Shown: positions 38,160-49,445 of the stretch, piece by piece
Layout: each line of letters starts with the position of its first letter
Position numbering within the stretch: the stretch's first letter is position 1
Origin: Setoptus koraiensis
Taxonomy: Eukaryota > Animalia > Arthropoda
DNA length: 64,000 nucleotides
Assembly: GCA_048013815.1 (NCBI GenBank)
Contig: CM106586.1
Coordinates: 10,850,001 to 10,914,000, forward strand
Direction of reading: 5' to 3'
Notes under the pieces: generated by a model
What the model saw: only the letters and a program-made list of their open reading frames with translations
What the model was told of the DNA's origin: nothing
The model's database searches: none
Translations under genes and position numbers: made by a program

Positions 38160-39341
38160 CTATAAAAGAGCCTCTGGTAAATATCGAAGTAATGGGCCGT
38201 GACAGAATTGAAACCATCTATTTCCGGCGTAGAGCACCTTCTCAGGATTACAAGACCGGATGGCGTCATCAAAGGCCTCAAAGAAGGTGTCATCCTCTAT
38301 TTTGTCTGAATCAGAGGCTCCAGCTCCAATTAATATTTCCACAAATCTTTCTGCTCCTCTTTGCTCCAACCATGTTAGCATGTTGTAAATATGCTTTTGG
38401 TATTGAATGTTGTTAGTTATTTTTTTTGCATGATGTTGTATCGCACGGAAACCAAGATAGGGTTTGGCAGTTACATCTCCATTTCTAAACCTATCCACTC
38501 TATTTTTTTCGTCCTTCACAAAGTGCTCATATTTTCCGAACAATTCCTTGTAGATCACTTTCTCGTCATTATCGAACTGCTCCCAAGCTTTCTGCGTGTT
38601 GGTATAATTAGTGTTACATATATTTGTATTTCTCATTGCAGCTCCCGGAAGTACAGCAATTGTTTTAACTCCGAAACGTTCGGTCTCTTTATCAATAAGC
38701 TTAGACAGTTTATATACACCCGCTTTGCTAGCGCTATAGGCAACTGTAAGAGGAGCAGGCAGTTGGGCGAGCATACTAGATATATTCACAATGCGACCTC
38801 GCCCTTTTACTAGTAATGTCATAAACTCTCTTATAGTGAGTAATAGTCCGCGAAAATTTGTATCACAGATACGTTCAAGCAAAACTCTATCGGTCATTGT
38901 TAGATGGATGGGCGTTGTAGCTATACCGGCGTTGTTTACTAAGCAATGTAGCTTCAATTGGGGACTCTCGCTAAGAATACTGTCTATTTCTTCGCGCGCC
39001 CTCCGAATGCTTTCGCGTGATGCAACATCCATGAAAATCAAATGAATTCGCTTTGTGGTTTCGTTCAAGGTGCTCAATTCTTTGTATCCCTCTTCCTTGT
39101 CGTTGTAGTAGCAGGCGAATATCGTAAAACCCAATTTGTGATAAAATCTTGCCATGGATAGACCAAAGCCCGATGTTGCGCCTGTGATAAGCATACACTT
39201 GTTGGAAGAGGATTCTATTTTGCTTCGTCTGGCCATGATGATAGTAAAATAGCGCTTAGAAAGTAATAATATCACAAACAGGCAGTAACATGTTGCTGCT
39301 TGCAGGGCGACGAGCACCAAGTTGTAAAAGAACAAAAACAT
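38160..39341 (-). CDS. Membrane-anchored short-chain dehydrogenase/reductase (RDH/BDH1-like), 393 aa
   Basis: N-terminal hydrophobic anchor, TGxxxGxG (ITGATSGFG), LVNNAG, NISS and catalytic YxxxK (YSASK). Confidence 0.9.
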   Translation of the reverse strand: MFLFFYNLVLVALQAATCYCLFVILLLSKRYFTIIMARRSKIESSSNKCMLITGATSGFGLSMARFYHKLGFTIFACYYNDKEEGYKELSTLNETTKRIHLIFMDVASRESIRRAREEIDSILSESPQLKLHCLVNNAGIATTPIHLTMTDRVLLERICDTNFRGLLLTIREFMTLLVKGRGRIVNISSMLAQLPAPLTVAYSASKAGVYKLSKLIDKETERFGVKTIAVLPGAAMRNTNICNTNYTNTQKAWEQFDNDEKVIYKELFGKYEHFVKDEKNRVDRFRNGDVTAKPYLGFRAIQHHAKKITNNIQYQKHIYNMLTWLEQRGAERFVEILIGAGASDSDKIEDDTFFEAFDDAIRSCNPEKVLYAGNRWFQFCHGPLLRYLPEALL

Positions 39342-42309
39342 TTTTTTAATTGGATAGTATATTATCACTTGTCAATATTTATGATTATTAATACAATTTT
39401 TCATTGGGTCATGCGACAATTAGTGGGGTGGCATCAGTGTTGGGCGCGAGTTTTAATCATTTGCAACTGTCATATCACAGCCAGTTATTGTTTCTTATAA
39501 TGATAAAATCATTTGTTTTGTGAGCCGCCGCATGATCCGCGCCCCTCGATATGTTAGAGATATCGCTGTCGAAACTGCGTCATCAGTCTAGACGCGTGGA
39601 AGTTGCTCGAAGCGAGGTCATTTAACATGTTACATCATTTTTTATCTCCGAAATTTTTTTCGAGACTCAATCATATTGGTATGGGTGATTTCTGAGAGTG
39701 GAAACTGGCACGAATGCATTGAGTGTGATGGCAGAGCGAATCGAGCTCGTGGTTAAAACCGGTCTTCACCTGTCTCCGGGACACGAGCGGAAGACAGAAG
39801 AAAGCTCGTCGATTTGAGGCGAATGTGTGTTGAGCAAAAACGATTCAGCAGTGTCTCTCTCGGGGACTAGCTCAGACTAAACAGATACTACTGATCACGT
39901 TGATTACCGTAACGAGTTTTCTTCGGCGAACGCATTGATTGAAATTGATTAAGATTCGGCAGGCATAAAGTAGATACTAGTCAACATTAGCATAAGAGCT
40001 GCATTCGGCATTCGTAATAGCAGTATCTACACATAAATGAATGTATCTCACTATGGCTGTGGATATTGCTCAATTCTAAAATTCAGAAGCTTAAGTGGGA
40101 TTGTTGTTGACTCAATTTAGATTCAGATTGAGATTGAGATTTGGTTCTCTTTTCAGTTTGATTCCAGAGAGAGATAAATTTATTGTGATTACATGTCTGC
40201 ATGAGATATCGCGATTGTATGATATAATATGTTTACATGTTGATCGTAACTCAATAGTGAGCTTTGGCATAACGAAGCCAAGCAATTCGGTGTGAGACTG
40301 AATCTATTTGTGGCATGTCTATTTGTTTAGTGATTAAGTAGCATTAGTAGGATTAGTTGGCACTCATCACTCGAACGATTACAATCTTCGTTTCTCAGCT
40401 TGTCGTGATGGTAGCCCATTATGTTGGCAATGTTGGCGGCGTTCACTGCGTTGAGCATCTCTTAGCATAGATTTGTCGACGATTCATATTATCTAATCTA
40501 ATTTTGTTTTTTTTGTGGGGTGGCCATTAGAGAATAGTGGATTTTTACAAGCCATCGAGCGGCAGAGATGTCGCTATTAAAGCGATAAGCGATCGGCTAG
40601 CAGAAAACCGATAACCGATGGAGCCGATGGCTTCTTTGTGAAGCCCACGAATACCTCATCTTACACAACCGATATGAGCTAACAGTATGCGTTAACGCGA
40701 ATTCCTATCTCGACTACGGTGCAAACGCTTTTGTGAGGCCAAAACTTTCCGCGAGGAATCAATCAGCATGTTTTCTTCGTTTTCGAAGCAGTTTTGTCGT
40801 GCGTATATTGATGCGGACTTGTGGCCAAGTGGGCATGCTGTCTCCCGTACAGTTGCGACAATGTCGCATGCCAAAATAGTCCGGCGATAACTCAACAACG
40901 AAGCAGCGTCCAGGCTATTAATCTCATCAATAGTTTATTACATGAGTGCATTTGGACATGCAAACTTTCGTCGTCCGACGGCCACATCGGCCCGTCCGAT
41001 TCGGCCTGTTGCTGGCCAGAACACAACAGAGAGATTCCAATCGAGAGAGAAGCAATGTGAGCTATCAGGAATCTGGCCAAAACGGTGTACAACTTTTCAA
41101 GCTATTCTAATAGTGTTTGGCTTTGATAAATTGAGCCACAAACACACGGTGTGGCCTCTCTTTGTTGGCTGCCGAGAGCGCCAGTGAGCGGTCAAGGCCT
41201 CGGACCATTCAATCGAAACGTCCGAGCAGTGACTCCAGCAGGTGGGAATAGGAGGAAAAGCGATTGGATTGTTGCATTGGCCGGCGTTGGTCGCTTCGAA
41301 AGCGTTATGCGCCGCTCGTGAGAACACACACCCGCCGTAATTCGCCAAGTGCCACACACTGCATGGATATATCCACATACTGCCAGTATATCCAAACGAG
41401 AGACACTGACCGTGGCGCCACGTCTGGCAACGCCGGACAGCCCAGTGATGGGGGGATCTGGCCCGATCGCCACCAACAGGTGAATCGTGTGCCCAGTGAT
41501 GGCTGCAAGCGTTCAATTGTCTGAAGCATATAATTTAAAATTAACGTTGATGTCTCAATAGTGGCCATTCACAACAATCACTACCGGTACACACACGCTC
41601 TAATCCATAATCCGGCCGACGAACGCACGCAGCGGCAACAGTGTATTCGCCTGTAAAGCACCTGTAATTCACTGGCAGCAGCCATTTTGTTGTTGCTCGC
41701 CGCTTCAGTCGGTTCGTTGTTATCGCCTGGCTTCGAATTTCCAGCTTCAAGCCTCGAATTTCGCACTTCGGGCTTTTTCGGGCTCGCGCGCACTCCGCGC
41801 TCGGAATTTCCAATTTCGGATCGAAATTTCGAGTCGGAGGCGAATTCGCGCAGCGTAACAACAAAGCGCCAACTCGCGTCCAACGCGCACAACCGGACGG
41901 GCCAGTTTGGAGAGTTCGGAGTGTTCCGAGGGGGAAAAAAGAACAAAAACAAGGAGCAGCATGGCCGGTGATGGCGAAAAGACTCAGGGCCGAGCCTCGG
42001 AGCTCCTAATTGATTTCTTCATCAGATGATTGCCATCTGACGCGGTGCGCAATCATCAGTATGCCGAAAAATGATCACGACATACTTGAGCGCAACACCG
42101 AGGGGCTCGAACTCGATGGCGTGATTAACCGCGAACAGTTCGTTTGGCGCAACGATGCGATAACGCCCCAGAGAGACCACAAGGCAATGGGCAGCAGTTT
42201 TGGCCAACGTTTCGAAAAGGTTTCACTCGTCTCTGGCTGCTATTTTATCTTTACTCTAAGTTATGCAAATCGCATTACGAGCGGCCGTCGTCGATTGTGA
42301 CCTTTGGCT

Positions 42310-42405
42310 CGCATTCGGACCGCACTTCGGACCGCGCTTCGAACTTGGCTTCGAACTGCGCTTCGAAAATCGCTTCGAAATTCGAAACAAGTTGATCTAT
42401 ATAAA
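42310..42405 (+). promoter_or_regulatory. Degenerate 11-12-bp array (GCTTCG[A/G]A core, about 6-7 units) followed by TATATAAA
   Basis: Array at 42310-42387, TATA-like octamer at 42398-42405. No downstream ORF recognised, so promoter function is unproven. Confidence 0.3.
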
Positions 42406-43593
42406 CACACGCACACCGATGTACAAAAGAGCTCTAAAAAGGCATCAACTATGCGGGTGGTCTTTTGATAGCAAGCAACGACGCGTAAACACTTACGCTT
42501 ACGCCACTTGCATGCGTCGTGTCATCATCATGACCTCTCTCGCTCTCTGACAACTGACTCACCATTAAACGAACACTGATTTATTGCGTAACAACAACAA
42601 CAAATGATTTGTCTCGGCGCCTGTTCCCACACACAATCAGACGCAACGAAGATGGGGCTTGTTTTTCGATAGAAAATCCAACCGAGAGTGGACGTTCCAC
42701 GATGGACAAACAGAAGAGAACAAAAGCACGGGGACGATAATGGCGAAAATGGCATAGAAAATGGCAAAAAGTCAAAGCCGACCATTGAAAGAATATCCGA
42801 CTCAAAGATATGTGATTGTGCAATGGGATTACGTAAGATTACAGTGTTAGTATAGTTGTATAGTTAGTTCGGTGTGCCAATTGTCACAAGTTGTTATCCG
42901 ATGAGGAGAGAAATCAAACTAAAAACTTGCAAAACTCTCTGATGCAGCAGTCAGCGGTCGCTGCCTGGTCTGTCTGCTACCTCTGGTTGGTGTTTACGAC
43001 CAAAATAAAATTTTTATGCCCACTGCCACCAATCAAACTCACGCTGCTCACTCATATTATATACATAGATATATGTATATACAGTTTCTAGTTGTTGTCT
43101 CAATAAAATGGGTCGTAAACTCACCATTGGCACAAAGTTGGCCTATTGGTCACTTTGTATAGCGCCAGAAACACTGGCCAGTCTCTCGATGCGTCTGTTT
43201 GTTTGTTCGCTTGTTTGCCTATTGGCGCTAATCTTTCTTATCTATATATAGCAGTGATTAGCAACAATTAACGTGTCGTCATCAGATTAATTATTATTCT
43301 TATTATTATAATTGCTTTAATGAGCGAACGTACGAAACGATATTTTCGGACTAACGATGAAACGAATCTCTTGCCACTTGTTTACTTTGTGCTTTTTAAA
43401 TCAATCGACGAATTGGCGTTTGCTGTTTGTCGAGGAAGCAACTTGAGTCAAATTGAAACTTTGTATCGTCTGCGCTGTTGTCTGGTTTGTTTGTTTTGGT
43501 CACGAGACTCCTTTGTGAGCACTCCACTTGCAAGGGCTCTCAGCTCGCGACTGACAGCCTCCCTTTCAGCGCCGCCGATGAGCGCCCTCTAAT

Positions 43594-43665
43594 TTTTCAG
43601 AGATTTTGAAGATTTCAGAGATTTCAGAGATTTTGAAGATTTCGGAGATTTCGGAGATTTCAGAG
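43594..43665. repeat. 9-bp minisatellite x8 (ATTTCAGAG/ATTTTGAAG/ATTTCGGAG)
   Basis: Eight contiguous 9-nt units read directly from the sequence. Confidence 0.9.
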
Positions 43666-43951
43666 ACTCGCGGGTCTGCAGTCGGGAGTGTCTCGAGTTT
43701 CGGGGGCCGACAGAAACAAGTGTTGCGCAACAGAAACGACACCAGTCAGGTGAAAATCTTTTTCGATAGTTTTATTATTTCGTGTCGGCAGTGCACCTGC
43801 CCGCAATGTACAATTTACAATTTACAGTCGCAGTTCAGTTTACGCCATCATCATTGCACAATGACAACGGTAATGGCGACTCTATGTACAATTGACTGCT
43901 ATAATGCTATGATGCCATCATGATGGATAGTGTAAATGATAAGCGTGGTGG

Positions 43952-45988
43952 CTAGTGTGGCGGCCTGCTGAGTTGCCGACTCCATGCGACCATCGCCAGA
44001 CAACAGCAACAGATTTTCCATAATAGATGATGCAATTCGGGGCCCAAAGAACGGGCCGAGCTCGCCTGTCCACCGGACCAATCCGGATACAGGCTCCTCC
44101 AATTGTTGCTGTTGGACCTGCTGCTTCTCTGGTGCTGATGTTGGTGATTGTGGCGATGGGCTACAAATTTGGTGGTGTTGCTGTTTGTCGACCACCTCGC
44201 TGTGTTGGATAAATTATCTGAGCTAGTTGTGTGGTCGTGATTTTTTTCTTTCTGCTTCCGGTTTTGCGGTCTGCTCTGATAATTTCGTTTGCGGCCGTTT
44301 GAGGCTGGGGCGCTTTCTTTGCTTGATACAGGGGGCACAATAGGCGTATATGTGTAATCGGGCTCGTCTTGTTCACTTGAACTGGCCGGCATTGAGGCGG
44401 CGGCGCCACTTGTTACGCCACCGGCGCCCGTTATATCATTGACCAGTAGATCACTGTCGAAAGTGTTGCTCATCTGATGATTTGTCGGAGCGTGCTCGTC
44501 GTTGGCGCTGTCCGGCGAGAATTCGTCGCCGAAACGCTGAACAGGATTATAATTATTGTTATTGTTCGCTGACCAGCTATCGTCGGCGCTCTCGATTTTG
44601 TTTGCGACGTCGGCGTCGTTGCCGGAATCGAGGACACGATTGTGCCCGTTCAGTAGGCACAATCTCTCTGTGTAGGTCTTGTATTTCATGCAGGGAAATT
44701 CTTCGCTTCCATCGCAGAAACAATCTATTAATTTGGACGCTTTCTCTTGTCTATACAATATAGACAAACTGTTGTTGCACTGTTCAGAGCAGTGACCGTT
44801 AGTGAACATGGACAACTGACAATTTCTATAATAATAATCCAGGGCCGTAGAGCACAGCTGATCGGCCAAACATATCCAGCTCGCTACCGAACAGGAAACG
44901 CGCACCTTCGGATCTATGGCCCTGTCCACTTGGGGCTTGCACAACAGGCTACGTTCTTTGCTTCGGCGGCAATATTGCGATTGTTGACAATCGCACATAA
45001 CTAAATCGTCGCCCTCGTCTGAGCTCTTCAACGCTATCATAGCTTTGAGGCATTTTTGCGAGCAAACATTCGTTTGATTAGTAATAAGATCATTGCAATC
45101 CTGTTCGTAGGATCTAAGCGCCGGCGCGCACACCTTTCTCAGATCACACTTCACGTAGGCCTGTTCACAATCGATGATGGGCCTGTCTGTTTCGTTGAGT
45201 AGCACGGCGATTGGCTGAAAAGATTTATATTTGGTGTGTTGTCTTGCTGGATTGTTGTTGTTATTTTGATCAATATTGCTACCACTGGCTTGTCTAATTT
45301 GTATGCTGTTGTTGATGTCGTGCGAATCTGTCTCCAATTGGTCACTGTAGCTTGTTTCGGCCACCAGATTGCTCTCTGTGCCTGTTTGCATTTCGGCCGC
45401 CAGCTGGTCGGTGGCCCCATTGCCGGTTGTTGCGTCACTACTTTGGTTGTTGTTGTCGTCGAAATTGTCGCCGTCGTAGGCGCTCGACCACAGTTGCGCC
45501 TCTTCACCTGTCGCGGGAGAGTTGCTGCTGCTGCTGCTGTTCAGCTTGTCAGCAACGCCTTGTATGAGCCGGACAATTGTGAGCACGTTTTCCGTGCTCA
45601 CCTGTTGTCTGGTTGTTGGTTGCGGGGCACGGGTTGCATTTGACGTTTGCTGGTGCCCGCTTGTGGTGGTTGTTGTTGTTGTTGTTTGCGTTGTTGTGGG
45701 TGTTGTTGCTGTGGTGGCCGTTATGGCTGTTGCTGCTGTTGCGTCGCTTTGTTGCTTGCTTGTGGGGCTGCTTCGGGCGCACTGATTGCAGCATTCCAAC
45801 AACATTAACATGCAAAACAGTATGTAGTAGTGGCAATTGATTGGCGTTAAATGATTCGTTTTGACTCTTCTGACGGCGTTGTGATGCGTTTTCCAATGGG
45901 CGCACTTGTCACTTATTTGTCGCTTGTCACCGATTTGCGTATTCGCTGCCCTTTCCGGCCGGCAGCAGCCCATTGTGCTCGTGTGCAT
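43952..45988 (-). CDS. GAS1: Growth arrest-specific protein 1-like (two GFRalpha-type Cys domains, probable GPI anchor), intronless; start codon uncertain
   Basis: Domain 1 CEQAYVKCDLRKVCAPAL...CSQKCLKAMIAL...CDC; domain 2 CSVASWICLADQLCSTALDYYYRNC...CNNSLSILYRQEKASKLIDCFCDGSEEFPC...ERLC; hydrophobic C-terminal tail. Confidence 0.88.
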   Translation of the reverse strand: MHTSTMGCCRPERAANTQIGDKRQISDKCAHWKTHHNAVRRVKTNHLTPINCHYYILFCMLMLLECCNQCARSSPTSKQQSDATAATAITATTATTPTTTQTTTTTTTTSGHQQTSNATRAPQPTTRQQVSTENVLTIVRLIQGVADKLNSSSSSNSPATGEEAQLWSSAYDGDNFDDNNNQSSDATTGNGATDQLAAEMQTGTESNLVAETSYSDQLETDSHDINNSIQIRQASGSNIDQNNNNNPARQHTKYKSFQPIAVLLNETDRPIIDCEQAYVKCDLRKVCAPALRSYEQDCNDLITNQTNVCSQKCLKAMIALKSSDEGDDLVMCDCQQSQYCRRSKERSLLCKPQVDRAIDPKVRVSCSVASWICLADQLCSTALDYYYRNCQLSMFTNGHCSEQCNNSLSILYRQEKASKLIDCFCDGSEEFPCMKYKTYTERLCLLNGHNRVLDSGNDADVANKIESADDSWSANNNNNYNPVQRFGDEFSPDSANDEHAPTNHQMSNTFDSDLLVNDITGAGGVTSGAAASMPASSSEQDEPDYTYTPIVPPVSSKESAPASNGRKRNYQSRPQNRKQKEKNHDHTTSSDNLSNTARWSTNSNTTKFVAHRHNHQHQHQRSSRSNSNNWRSLYPDWSGGQASSARSLGPELHHLLWKICCCCLAMVAWSRQLSRPPH

Positions 45989-46740
45989 ATTTGCGTTTTA
46001 TGTCTGTATTTGTGTCAGTGCGACAGTTTGTTTATATCTGTTTTTGTCTTCTTTCTGGCAACACAACCGGCCGGTCATTCGTTCGATGCTGCGATTCTGC
46101 ACTGTAGTGATTTTGTTATTTCGTGGTGCGGCGATGTTGAGATTTTGTGATTTCGTGCTGCTGCAATGTTGTGATTTTGTTATTTCGTGGTGCTGCGATG
46201 TTGTGATGTTGTGATTGCGTCGACTTGTGATGCTGTCAGGCTGCGAGGCTGTGCCGTTGTGACGTTGCGAACCGAACTGACGCGCCACCAATCAATAAAT
46301 GACCACAGCGAGAATAAATGACAGCGCCAGACGCCAGCAAAAGGTGAGCAGCTACCTGCCGGGCGAAATGCACGTTGCCGATGACGCTGCCGAGTGTGTG
46401 TGTGTGTCTTTTTTGCTTGCCAATGTTGCCAGGAGTGCATCAGACGGTTCCGAGTTCGAGAGAAGCTTCGAGAGGAATTATCTGTTGCTGCTTGCTTGTT
46501 GAGCCGGCCGGCCGGCCGACGGGCAGATAATGCAGGCGAACGAGCCAACGCCAACGGCGGCCACACAGATAAAGATGGTGAGCCGCTGTTTGGCTGATGA
46601 AGATGTTAATAATGAAGGCAGCAGCGATTCAATTGAAGGGCACGACCACCACCGTCATCGGCACAACGGCAACATTATCATTTGAAGCGTGCGCTCGCTC
46701 TCTGCCCCTCCAATCTGTCTGCCCCTGGCCGCTTCGACGC

Positions 46741-46862
46741 TGCCGAAGCCGCGAACGCTGCGAACGCCTCGAACGCCTCGAACGCCGCGAACGCTTCGGA
46801 CGGCGCGAACGCCTCGAACGCTGCGAACGCTTCGGACGGCGCGAACGCTTCGAGCGCTTCGA
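46741..46862. repeat. 9-bp GC-rich minisatellite (CGAACGCNN), about 13 units
   Basis: gcgaacgct gcgaacgcc tcgaacgcc tcgaacgcc ... with 27-bp higher-order repetition. Confidence 0.9.
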
Positions 46863-47291
46863 CGCTGCCAGCGCGGCCGATTCGGGGCTGCCGGTCATGC
46901 ACTCGCCGACGCTCATCTATAATAATCAAAAGTAATATGACTTTGACGTTTGTGATTATAATTGATGTTCAGCCAGCGCCGAGTGAGAGACGGTCGCAGA
47001 TCGCTCCGGTGTGTGCGTGTGTGTGTTTTAATCTACTAAATGCTTGCAATTTACAATCGCCGCTCGCCCATTCCAGCCGTGGCCAGTGGCCGCTGGCACG
47101 GCCGTGTATGTGGCCACTGGCGACGCCGATAACGAAGCTCGTGAAATATACACCGCGTCTCGTACGTCTTCATCGTTCGCAACCGGCCAGCGGTGGCCAG
47201 TTTCGGAGCCGGTCGCTGCTCGAGCTGGTCGCTGCTCGAGGCCCGGCGTTCGGCCGACTTCGGAGCTCGTTGCGAGCTCTCCCGGCTCGCC

Positions 47292-47434
47292 CCGTCCGAA
47301 CCGCCCGGACCGTCCGAACCGCCCGAACCGCCCGAACCGCCCGAACCGCCCGGACCGTCCGATCGCCCGAACCGCCCGAACCGCCCGATCGCCCGAACCG
47401 CGCGAACTGCCCGGACCGCCCGAACTGGCCGAAC
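47292..47434. repeat. 9-bp GC-rich minisatellite (CCGAACCGC), about 16 units
   Basis: ccgaaccgc/ccggaccgt/ccgatcgc variants in tandem. Confidence 0.9.
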
Positions 47435-49335
47435 ATCGGACGAAGGCACTGAATTAAACATAATCGCTCACGGTGTCCCGCGACGGCCAATACCGTGCCA
47501 GCGACGGAGACCACCTCAGCGCCGCCGCGCACACCACCGTGCCGGTGACTGGAACAAGCGGGCTATTAGCTGGCGACGGATAAGTGAGGAGGAGAGAGCG
47601 AGAGCGAAAAAGAAGAATGGGCAGCCAGGAATAATGGCCGCAGATTGTGAGCAGCGAGATAAATAATTGTGCCAGCAGCGCATTGTGTTGGCTGGCGTTC
47701 TTTTTGCTCGCTCTCTGCCGTTCAATTCCAGTCAGCGATACTGAATGGGAGAGCAGCAACAGTTTCGATGGTGGCCAGATTTAAGTCAACATCATTAGAG
47801 AGATACGCACACCATACCTGTGTATGCACCTATGCAGCCTATATGCAGCAACAGCAGCGTGTAGCCATATGTGGCTGCATGGGGCTGAATAAGAATTGAT
47901 CTGCCAATTAATCTGACATTGTCAGTGTGTGTGTGTGTGTGAAAAAGAACTGGCGATTAAGTTGTTGTTGTTGTTGTTGTTTGTTTGCTGTCGCTTGTTG
48001 TCAGCAAAAGACGCCACGCCATGAGAGACGCACCAAGCAACAAAAAGAACAATCACAACTCCCCCACCTCGCCTGTCAAAGTGTCCGCCAGCAATGACAA
48101 TAACAACCACCCAGCTGGGCACACAACTGTCATCTCATCTCGTCTCATCTGACCGAGAGAGGCGCCAAAAGAGACACACTTACGACGAGACCAGATAGCC
48201 CGCCAATGTCACACCCGCTAAATGACCCGCTAAATCAATATCGATATACATGCGCACCGGCCGAATATGCATAAGTATGCATGAATCTATACTGCACGAT
48301 TTAACATTATCTCTCGACACAACCGACACGTTTGACACATAGGTGACGCTGGTGCGCACCACAACAGACACCAACGATGCCCAGTTATGTAACCGAATTG
48401 AGCCAGAAAAGGGGGAGCCACTGTCGCTATATAATTTCGCTATAGTGACACACCGCCGTTGTCACACCAGGTCTCATCTCGACGCGCGCCCTCTAACGGA
48501 AACATCAACAGGTAACAGGGTCCTTTTTTATTTTTTCAAACGTCACGACGATTTTTTTAAATGTTGGTGTGAGAAAATTTCTCAACTTACCAGCCAGCAT
48601 TGGCGGTCGTTTTTGCCCACTCACTAGCCAAACGCCATGGCTATTGAGATCCTGTTGATCTCAATAAATGGCCCTCTTATCGGGCGCGCTTGTCAGCTCT
48701 AATGGCTCACCTGAGATTGCATTTCGGACCATCGTGTGACAAACGACAACCAATCAGAGAATGGTTGTCAACATACAAGGCGATAATGCTGATTTATTCG
48801 CTCTCTACGCAAAGTAACTAAATGCACTCGACACATGCTATTTGTGGTCGAAATCAAGTAGGCAGCAAGCGTTTTGGCGGCGCGCAGAACGAGATTAAAT
48901 CCACCGAAACGAAATCTACTTCGGTTGCCATTAGATTCTACTATTTGCAATCAAACAGTTGCTCACACAAACAACGGCACGCTACGGCCAAGGCGAGCTG
49001 ACCAAAGAAAAGCACTTTTCTCGATTCGGAAAATATCCCCTGCATTTCCGGTTTGCACAATTCTCTTAAACTATAGAAGTTTCTCTGCCGATTTCAGCAG
49101 TTTCTGGATGTTCGAGCTCGAGCCAGCATGGTGCGAAAATCTGTGAGCTTCAGAGACTTCGTTGATTTTCTCGAAGCGGTGCTAATTGACACTGTGCCAC
49201 TATGAAAAAATGCCCGGCCGCTTTTCAATCTGATCGTTGAGGATTTTCGAGCAGTCATTTAGAAAGATGTTAGCGCGACGCTCTTTCAAACAATGCGCTT
49301 CTTTCATCTTTCAGCGTGGCACGACTCGTTTGCCC

Positions 49336-49445
49336 AAAAAAAAAATTTGATTTTTGCGAAAAAAAAATTTTGATTTTTGCGAAAAAAAAAATTTGATTTT
49401 TCCGAAAATGAAATTTCTGATTTTTGCGAAAAAAAAAAATCTGAT
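49336..49445. repeat. About 22-24-bp repeat of alternating A-tract and T-tract (A9-10 TTTGATTTTTGCG), about 5 units
   Basis: Read directly from the sequence. Confidence 0.85.

Noticed and set aside
38105-38175. Possible 1-nt frameshift extending the SDR C-terminus (…PEALYSFRPTFDKLL…)
   Set aside because: The current stop already follows the last conserved motif (LP); no independent evidence for an indel without reads.
39473-39484. TATCACAGCCAG, identical to the 5' end of miR-2
   Set aside because: The match ends after 12 nt and I find no complementary 5p arm upstream to form a precursor hairpin.
40692-41568. Cluster of short ORFs between the SDR and GAS1
   Set aside because: No recognisable homology and no consistent splice path; left unannotated.
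41700-42390. Possible heat-shock elements (many GAA/TTC)
   Set aside because: Spacing is mostly TTCGAA or GAAnTTC rather than three alternating nGAAn units; no canonical HSE.
46597-47666. Overlapping ORFs of 95-256 aa spanning the 9-bp minisatellites
   Set aside because: A period divisible by 3 with no stop codons keeps frames open on both strands; products are pure repeat translations.
17560-48246. Isolated DRE octamers TATCGATA (17560-17567 and 48239-48246)
   Set aside because: Two single hits in 64 kb are compatible with chance, and neither is next to a supported start site.
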